64,000 nucleotides of DNA, taken from the NCBI GenBank assembly GCA_965242865.1, contig CBDETK010000013.1:1184001-1248000 (forward strand). The letters run 5' to 3'. Each line of letters opens with the position of its first letter. Within the stretch, counting starts at the first letter, position 1. Position numbers and translations under genes: made by a program. The notes below the pieces were generated by a model. It was given only the letters and a program-made list of their open reading frames with translations, was not told the DNA's origin and did not search any database. This DNA comes from Candidatus Latescibacterota bacterium. GTDB taxonomy: Bacteria > Latescibacterota > UBA2968 > UBA8231. Positions 57,442 through 64,000 of the stretch are shown here, one piece after another.

Positions 57442-58610
57442 ACGCTCTCCTCGCTGGCTAATGCACCGGCGCGCACGCGCTCGACCTGCGCGACCGTGCA
57501 GTCGATGGCAAACTCCACTTCGGCCATCGTATTAAAACGCCCCAAGCCAAAGCGCAGGGAAGCCCGCGCCAAGTCGTCGCTCGCGCCGATGGCTTTGAGG
57601 ACGTGTGAGGGCGCGCTCGTCCGCGATGAACAGGCCGCGCCCGAAGACAGCGCGATTTCGCGCAATCCCAACAGCAGTTGGGTTCCGTCAACCCCGGGGA
57701 AGCTCACGTTGAGGGTGCCCGGTACGCGCTCGTCCGCGTGACCGTTGACGACCAAGGGACCGAGCGCGGCCTCTAGCCCGGCGCACAGCCGCTGGCGCAT
57801 CTGCACCAGCCGGGCCGCTTCCGCCGGCAGCTCCGCGCACCCCAACTGACAGGCGCGCCCCAACCCGACGATCCCCGGTACATTGAGGGTGCCGCCGCGC
57901 AGGCCGCGCTCCTGCTCGCCGCCTTCAACTTGGGCCTGCAAGCGCACGCGCGGCTTGCGCGAGCGCACATAGAGGAAGCCTACGCCCTTGGGCGCATAGA
58001 GCTTGTGGCCGGACGCCGAGAGCAGGTCCATGCCGAGGGCTTCCACATCGAGCGGCACCTTGCCGACAGCTTGGGCGGCGTCGCAATGCCACAAGACGCC
58101 GCGCTCGCGGGCCAGCCGCCCAATCGCCGCCAGCGGCTGCAAGACCCCAATCTCGTTGTTGGCGGCCATGAGTGAGATGAGGACCGTCCGCCGAGTGATG
58201 GCCGCGGCGAGTTGGTCGAGGTCGATCTGGCCGCTACGATCCACAGGCAGATACGTCACCTCCACTCCTTGCTTCTCCAAGGTGTGGCAACACGCCAACA
58301 CGGCCTTGTGCTCAATGGCGCAGGTGACGACGTGCGCCCCTGGGGGCGCTATCTGGACCGCGCCTTTTATGGCCAAATTATTGGCCTCGGTCGCGCCGGC
58401 CGTAAAGACGATCTCCTGCGCCCGCGCCCCGATCAGCCGAGCGACCTCTTCCCGCGCCTGCTCGACGGCGTCGGCCGCGGCCACACCAAAGGCGTGGGTC
58501 TTGCTGGCCGCATTGCCGAAGTGCGGGCCGAAGTACGGCAACATGGCCGTCAAGACCCGCGGATCAACCGGCGTGGTGGCCATGTTGTCCATATAGACGG
58601 GGATTTGCAC
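57438..58610 (-). CDS. iscS: Cysteine desulfurase
   Basis: YMDNMATT, GHKLYAPKG, SSGAACSS. Confidence 0.92.
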   Translation of the reverse strand: MQIPVYMDNMATTPVDPRVLTAMLPYFGPHFGNAASKTHAFGVAAADAVEQAREEVARLIGARAQEIVFTAGATEANNLAIKGAVQIAPPGAHVVTCAIEHKAVLACCHTLEKQGVEVTYLPVDRSGQIDLDQLAAAITRRTVLISLMAANNEIGVLQPLAAIGRLARERGVLWHCDAAQAVGKVPLDVEALGMDLLSASGHKLYAPKGVGFLYVRSRKPRVRLQAQVEGGEQERGLRGGTLNVPGIVGLGRACQLGCAELPAEAARLVQMRQRLCAGLEAALGPLVVNGHADERVPGTLNVSFPGVDGTQLLLGLREIALSSGAACSSRTSAPSHVLKAIGASDDLARASLRFGLGRFNTMAEVEFAIDCTVAQVERVRAGALASEESV

Positions 58611-58620
58611 CGCTCGTCGC

Positions 58621-58944
58621 TCAGGCGCTGAAGGACTCACCGCAGCCGCAGGTGGTGCGGGCGTTGGGGTTTTCGAGCTTAAAGCCCGCGCCCATCAGCC
58701 CGTCGTGGTAGTCGAGGGTCACGCCGTTGAGGTAAAGGCCGCTCTTCATGTCGATGAAAACTTTGACGCCGGCGATCTCAAAGACGTGGTCTAGGTCGCC
58801 GGCCCTCTCCTCAAAATCGAGCTTGTACTGGAACCCCGAACACCCTCCCCCCATCACGCCGAGGCGCAACCCGTGCCCTTCGTTGCCCTGTTCGCGGAGC
58901 AAGTTCTTGATCTTCTCGGCTGCAACTTCCGTTATAATTACCAT
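58621..58944 (-). CDS. A-type Fe-S carrier (HesB/IscA/ErpA family)
   Basis: GGCSGFQY...NPNA..TCGCGESF. Confidence 0.95.
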   Translation of the reverse strand: MVIITEVAAEKIKNLLREQGNEGHGLRLGVMGGGCSGFQYKLDFEERAGDLDHVFEIAGVKVFIDMKSGLYLNGVTLDYHDGLMGAGFKLENPNARTTCGCGESFSA

Positions 58945-58984
58945 AGTAAGTATCCCCTCAACCGCGGCTAAAGTTCGGGCGAGC

Positions 58985-59013
58985 AATGTACTTGACGTAA
59001 ACGCAAGTGTCAA
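58985..59013 (-). promoter_or_regulatory. Sigma70-type promoter of iscA-iscS-moeB with overlapping palindrome
   Basis: TTGACA-17 nt-TACATT; TTGAC-N12-GTCAA and ACTTG..CAAGT dyads. Confidence 0.75.
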
Positions 59014-59960
59014 CGAACCGACTCTGCGGACTCGATGAACCCATCGACGCTGAAATAGCGAAACCCCGTGTCGCAGAGCATGGTCACCAGCCGAGATTGC
59101 GGACCTAGGGCCTGGGCCACCTGCAAACAGGCCGCCACATTGGCCCCGGACGAAGGCCCCAACAGCAGCCCTTCCTCGCGGGCCAAGCGGCGGGTGTAGT
59201 GAAACGCCTCGTCGTCGTCGATCTGCACGATTTGGTCGATCCACTCCCGGTCGAGGACTTGGGGAACAAACCCCGCGCCAATTCCCTGAATACCGTGCAG
59301 GCCGGCCGCGCCCCCAGACAACACGGGCGAACGCTTGGGTTCAACCGCCACGATGCGCACGGCCGGCACGGCCTGCTTGAGCACCTCCCCCACGCCGCTT
59401 ATGGTGCCGCCGGTGCCCACCCCAGCGACAAAAGCGTCGAGCACTCCCCCGGTGGCCGCGAGGATTTCCTCGGCCGTGGCCCGGCGATGGGCCGCTGGGT
59501 TGGCCGGATTGGCAAACTGCTGGGGAATGAACACGCCTTCGGGATCGGCGGCCTTGAGCGCTTCGGCCTTGCGGATGGCCCCGGGCATGTCTTCGGCCGC
59601 GGGCGTCAGGGCGATCTCCGCGCCGTAACTGGCCATGACCTGCCGCCGCTCCAAGCTCATGCTCTCGGGCATGGTCAGCACCAGCCGGTAACCCAAGACG
59701 GCCGCAACGAGCGCCAGCGCGATCCCGGTGTTGCCGCTGGTCGGCTCGACAATGGTCATGCCCTTTTTGAGCTGGCCGGCCGCCTCAGCCGCGCGGATCA
59801 GGCCCACGCCGATGCGGTCTTTGACGCTGCCGGTTGGATTGCGCGCTTCGAGTTTGCCGTAGAGTTGGCTGCCGTTGGCCGGCGCGACCCGGTACAGGCG
59901 CACGAGGGGCGTGTCTCCCACCAGCTCCAACATGTCGTCTACGGTCTTGAGCCGGCTCAT
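59010..59960 (-). CDS. cysK: Cysteine synthase
   Basis: [30 protein letters not shown]. Confidence 0.95.
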   Translation of the reverse strand: MSRLKTVDDMLELVGDTPLVRLYRVAPANGSQLYGKLEARNPTGSVKDRIGVGLIRAAEAAGQLKKGMTIVEPTSGNTGIALALVAAVLGYRLVLTMPESMSLERRQVMASYGAEIALTPAAEDMPGAIRKAEALKAADPEGVFIPQQFANPANPAAHRRATAEEILAATGGVLDAFVAGVGTGGTISGVGEVLKQAVPAVRIVAVEPKRSPVLSGGAAGLHGIQGIGAGFVPQVLDREWIDQIVQIDDDEAFHYTRRLAREEGLLLGPSSGANVAACLQVAQALGPQSRLVTMLCDTGFRYFSVDGFIESAESVR

Positions 59961-62017
59961 GTTTCGGCCTTTAGCTCTTCCACCAAGTCGGCGACCGTGG
60001 CCAGCGGCCGCGAGCACGTCGAGTCGCGGCACACGTACGCCCGGCCGCCGACCGCTACCTTCCCCGCCAACAGCGGCCACTCGGCCGCGGCTTCCTCCTC
60101 CCCAGCCGCCGCGGCCAACACGACCTTATTGGGCAAAAAGCGCCGGTGCAGAGCCGCGGCAAAAGCACGGCATTCGGCCGGGCTACCCACCAAGGCGACC
60201 TCCGTGGGCTTAGCCAAGTACAAGTCGAGGGCACACAGCATCTGCGCTCCAGCGGCCGGCGCGCGGCGCAACAACGGCTCAAAGAGGACCAGCGTTTGCT
60301 CGCCTCGCTGCCACCAAGCCGGGTCGCCCTTCATCGCCCCCAAGCGCAAGAGCACCAACGCCCCTAGCGAGTTGCCCGAGGGCGTGGCGTTGTCAAATGG
60401 GTTCTTGGTGCGCACGATCAAGTCGGTCGCCTCGGCCCCCGCATAGAAGAACCCGCCGCGGTCCTCATCCCAAAACCGCGCCACCATCTCGGCCGCCCAG
60501 CGCTCGGCCGCGGCCAAGAAACGCCGTTCAAAACTCGCCTCGTACAGGTCGAGCAGGCCGTTGACCACCCCGGCGTAATCGTCCTGATAGGCCAGAATCT
60601 GCGCCCGACCGTCTTTGTACGTGTGCAGGAGGCGGCCCTCGCAGACCATGCGCTGCAAAATAAAGTCGGCCGCCGCTATGGCCGCTCGCAGGTAGCGGTC
60701 CGCCCCGGTGACTTGGTAGGCGCGGGCCATCGCGCTGATCATCAGCCCGTTCCACGCCGCCAGAATTTTGTCGTCGCGCCCGGGGGCCACGCGCTGTTGC
60801 CGCGCCGCCAGCAGCACCGCGCGACCGCGCTCTAGGACGCGCGCCAACCGCTCCGGCGCTACCCCGAGCAACCGCGCAACCCCCTCCAGCTCGTTTTCCA
60901 CGTGCAGGATATTGCGTCCGTGCTCAAAGTTGCCCTCCGGCACCACGCCGTAATAGCGGGCAAAGAGCGCGGCGTCTTCCTCGCCGAGCAGGTCCTCAAC
61001 CTCCTCCAACAGCCAAGTAAAAAACCGGCCTTCCTCGCCCTCGCTGTCCGCGTCCTGCGCCGCGTAAAAGCCGCCTTCGGGCTGGGTCATCTCGCGCAGC
61101 ACGTAGCCGAGGGTGTGCTCGACGACCGTGCGGTAGAATTCGTCTTGGGTCGCTTGATAGGCTTCGATATAGGTCCACACCAGCAAGGCATTGTCGTAGA
61201 GCATTTTTTCAAAGTGCGGGACGAGCCAGCGCTCATCTACGGAGTAGCGGTGAAACCCCCCGCCAAGCTGGTCGTACATCCCCCCCCTCGCCATGCGCTT
61301 GAGCGTGTGCTCCACGATTGCTAGGGCGCGCTGGTCGCCGCGTCTAACATAGCGGCGCAACAGCAGAGACAAGCTCATGCTCGGCGGAAATTTGGGCGCG
61401 CTGCCAAACCCGCCGTAGCGGGAGTCGTACGTGGATTTGAGCTGGTCACAGGCCCGGTCGAGGACCGCTTCGCCGGGGATGTCGCCCGGCGTTAAGAACT
61501 CGGCGTGCTGCTGGAGCGCGCGCATGAGCTCGGCGGTCTTTTCGGCGACGCCGGCGCGGTTTTCTCGGTAGTAATCCGCGATCGCTTGGAGCACCCGCGG
61601 AAAGCCCGGCCGCCCATAGCGGTCTTCGGGCGGGAAGTACGTCCCGCCGTAAAAGGGCTGCAAATCCGGCGTTAGAAACACCGTCATCGGCCAGCCGCCT
61701 TGGCCGGTCATGGCTTGCACGGCCGTCATGTAAATCTCATCGACATCGGGCCGCTCTTCGCGATCGACCTTGATGTTGATAAAGTGCTCGTTCATCCGCT
61801 GGGCGATGCGCTCGTCTTCAAAGGACTCGCGCTCCATGACATGGCACCAATGACAGGCCGAATACCCCACCGAGAGCAAGATGGGCCGGTCGGCCGCCCG
61901 TGCCGCGGCCAGTGCCTCCTCGCCCCAAGGATACCAATCGACCGGATTGTGGGCGTGTTGGCGCAAGTACGGACTGGATTCGCCAGCGAGGCGGTTGGTG
62001 TGCTTGGGAGCGGCCAT
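59957..62017 (-). CDS. Thioredoxin-domain DUF255 / YyaL (SPATA20-like) protein
   Basis: [42 protein letters not shown]. Confidence 0.93.
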   Translation of the reverse strand: MAAPKHTNRLAGESSPYLRQHAHNPVDWYPWGEEALAAARAADRPILLSVGYSACHWCHVMERESFEDERIAQRMNEHFINIKVDREERPDVDEIYMTAVQAMTGQGGWPMTVFLTPDLQPFYGGTYFPPEDRYGRPGFPRVLQAIADYYRENRAGVAEKTAELMRALQQHAEFLTPGDIPGEAVLDRACDQLKSTYDSRYGGFGSAPKFPPSMSLSLLLRRYVRRGDQRALAIVEHTLKRMARGGMYDQLGGGFHRYSVDERWLVPHFEKMLYDNALLVWTYIEAYQATQDEFYRTVVEHTLGYVLREMTQPEGGFYAAQDADSEGEEGRFFTWLLEEVEDLLGEEDAALFARYYGVVPEGNFEHGRNILHVENELEGVARLLGVAPERLARVLERGRAVLLAARQQRVAPGRDDKILAAWNGLMISAMARAYQVTGADRYLRAAIAAADFILQRMVCEGRLLHTYKDGRAQILAYQDDYAGVVNGLLDLYEASFERRFLAAAERWAAEMVARFWDEDRGGFFYAGAEATDLIVRTKNPFDNATPSGNSLGALVLLRLGAMKGDPAWWQRGEQTLVLFEPLLRRAPAAGAQMLCALDLYLAKPTEVALVGSPAECRAFAAALHRRFLPNKVVLAAAAGEEEAAAEWPLLAGKVAVGGRAYVCRDSTCSRPLATVADLVEELKAET

Positions 62018-62037
62018 GGTAGGAATAATAATACGAC

Positions 62038-63531
62038 TCACGCGCCGTCGGCGGTAGCATCCGCCTTGCTTCCATGCGCCTGCAAGTACGCTTCGAGCTC
62101 GCCGACGATGGCGCGGAACGACCGTTCGGCCTCGGCGCGCACGGCCGCCTGCGCCCGGCCGCAGTGCAAAGGCCACACTTGCTCCCGATAGCGCGTTTCT
62201 AGGGCATCCTGATAGGCTGCGGGCACGGCCGCAATCTGCAAGGCGCGAATTTCGCCAAAGTTGATGTTCGGCGTCCCCACGCCGTTGGCCTGCGCGGCGA
62301 TCTGCGCCCGGCCCAGCCGCGTTTTGAAAAAAAACCAAGCGTAAAACGGATTGAGCCCGTCCAACCGGATCAGATCGACAAAGCAGCCCACATTGGCCGG
62401 CCCGCTCCCCACATACACTGCGAGGCGGTTCCGGCCCAACGCCCCGGCCCCAGACCGAGACAGCAGCAAATCCCCGGGGCGCACCCGGCTGCGCGGTGGG
62501 TCGTACGCGCCGGCCGGCGCAACGCGCAACAGCCTCTGCTCGTCGAGCCCGGTTTCGGCGATGTCGCCTTGGCGGATGACCGGCACACCGGCCTCTACGT
62601 GCTGCGGCCGGCACCCGGTGACAATCGGCCCGTACGTCAAATGGCAGATATATTCCTCCAACCGGACCAGTCGCAAGCGACCCGCCAAGCGGCGCACAAC
62701 CGCACGCCCTTGCCAGAAGCGCGGGTCCCAACGCCGAGCGTCCAACGCGCACTGGCCCACCCGCAAGAGAACGGCCTCTGGTCCGCGGCGCGCCGACGCC
62801 CCGAGCAAGCACCGGACGCGCTGGGCGTACTGGTCCACGCTCGGCCTCTTTCCGGTCGGCGCGAGCAGCCGGGCCTTAGTCCGGGCCAGCGGCTTGCTGC
62901 GGCGCAAGACGACCAAGGCCGTTTGCACCTGATTGAAGGCCCCCGGCAAGGCGACAACGGCCCGCACCTCAGCGCGCGCTAATAACCAGTCGCGCACGCC
63001 CTGCTGCCGGGCGTTGGCGAGGAATCCCTCGGGCAGGATTAGGGCCAGCCAGCCAGCGGCCCGGGTCAGTTGCAATGCGCGCTCGGCAAAAAGTGCCTCC
63101 ACCGGGAAGGCCGGCACCTGCTTTGGTCCAGCGAGCAGCCCGAAACGCTCGACCAAGCGGTCGGCCCCATCCGGCCCCAACCACGGCAGCAGCGGCCCCA
63201 CCTTGCCAAAGGGCGGGTTGGCCAACGCGCAATCAAACGACCCGTCTGCGACAGCGGGGAACGCGCCGAGCAAGCCGTCGCCGGTGTAAAAGCGGTCGGC
63301 CCGGCCACGGCCTTGCTCGGCCAACCGGCCGTCGATCTCAATACCCGTGGTCTGACAGGTGCGCCCGACGACGGCCAACAACGCCCCTTCGCCCGCCGCT
63401 GGATCGACCACGCGGGCGTCCGCTCCCAGCTCTTTTCCCGCCAGCGTCCGCACCGCGTCCCAAGCTAGTCGCGCTACCGCGGGCGGGGTAAAGTGCTGCG
63501 CTAGGGTTTTCGCGTTTCCCCTGTTACTCAT
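62038..63531 (-). CDS. N-6 DNA methyltransferase fused to an HsdS-like target recognition domain
   Basis: QHFTP, DPAAGEG, NPPF; C-terminal GDLLLSRSG...[10 protein letters not shown]. Confidence 0.82.
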   Translation of the reverse strand: MSNRGNAKTLAQHFTPPAVARLAWDAVRTLAGKELGADARVVDPAAGEGALLAVVGRTCQTTGIEIDGRLAEQGRGRADRFYTGDGLLGAFPAVADGSFDCALANPPFGKVGPLLPWLGPDGADRLVERFGLLAGPKQVPAFPVEALFAERALQLTRAAGWLALILPEGFLANARQQGVRDWLLARAEVRAVVALPGAFNQVQTALVVLRRSKPLARTKARLLAPTGKRPSVDQYAQRVRCLLGASARRGPEAVLLRVGQCALDARRWDPRFWQGRAVVRRLAGRLRLVRLEEYICHLTYGPIVTGCRPQHVEAGVPVIRQGDIAETGLDEQRLLRVAPAGAYDPPRSRVRPGDLLLSRSGAGALGRNRLAVYVGSGPANVGCFVDLIRLDGLNPFYAWFFFKTRLGRAQIAAQANGVGTPNINFGEIRALQIAAVPAAYQDALETRYREQVWPLHCGRAQAAVRAEAERSFRAIVGELEAYLQAHGSKADATADGA

Positions 63532-63716
63532 TGGTGTATCCCATTTGGGGCAATGGCCGCTTATTGCGGCTCATCAACCAGCCCATATAACAAACTGCCG
63601 AACAAACCATTGGGTGCCCCAGCGGCTCGCTGGCACACTTTCTGCTAATTCCATTTCCAAGCGCCCACCACCGGGACGCCTCACTCGCTTAACTCATCCA
63701 TTCTCTGGAGGAATCC

Positions 63717-64000
63717 ATGCCGACCTTAAGGATGCCCAACATCAACCAAGTCGCCCTCAGCGGCCGCTTGGTGCAAGACCCCGACTTCCGCTTCATGGAC
63801 AACGGGGCCGCCCGCCTACGCGGGCGAATCGCCGTCAATCGCTCCTATCGCGACCGCAATCAAGAGTGGCAAGAGGAGACCTCCTTCTTCGACATCATCC
63901 TCTGGCAAAAGGCCGCCGAAACCTTGGCCAAGCGGCTGTACAAGGGCACGCCGGTCTTTGTCACGGGCCGCTTGCAAAGCCACTCTTGGCGCACCGACGA
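63717..64000 (+). CDS. ssb: Single-stranded DNA-binding protein (runs off window end)
   Basis: GGAGG RBS; INQVALSGRLVQDP...AVNR...W...KG..V.VTGRL. Confidence 0.92.
   Translation, partial: MPTLRMPNINQVALSGRLVQDPDFRFMDNGAARLRGRIAVNRSYRDRNQEWQEETSFFDIILWQKAAETLAKRLYKGTPVFVTGRLQSHSWRTD

Noticed and set aside
62327-62334. A8 tract as a phase-variation switch in the MTase-TRD gene
   Set aside because: Short, in frame and explained by Phe codons; no evidence of slippage.
59957-62812. 951-aa extended YyaL ORF
   Set aside because: The extension overlaps the MTase gene in another frame; the real start is 62017.

Overview
GC-rich bacterial chromosome segment with no rRNA, tRNA or CRISPR array that I could identify. 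Ankyrin lipoprotein, three PhyH dioxygenases, many TA/RM genes and decayed IS copies resemble uncultured host-associated (e.g. sponge-symbiont) genomes; that attribution is inference only. 1-37.6 kb is accessory and eroding: a DUF1156 DNA methyltransferase split inside its DPPY motif by an 888-bp IS982-like element, MNT/HEPN, a frameshifted ABC ATPase, catabolic enzymes, a lower-GC defence island (MTase, MvaI/BcnI-like nuclease, AAA ATPase, PIN, then a 2.6-kb block of short genes separated by a conserved covarying hairpin repeat), and an ankyrin gene enclosed by pieces of the same IS family. 37.6-64 kb is mostly core: glnE, glnB, kptA, purE, a dcw cluster lacking mraY/murD/murG/murB/ddl, trmB, moeB-iscS-iscA-cysK, a YyaL-like gene, an orphan MTase-TRD fusion and ssb. 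Best candidates for something new: the hairpin-delimited cassette-like array (27.1-29.2 kb), the IS982 shell carrying an ankyrin gene (35.0-37.6 kb) and the RM-linked AAA+PIN pair.
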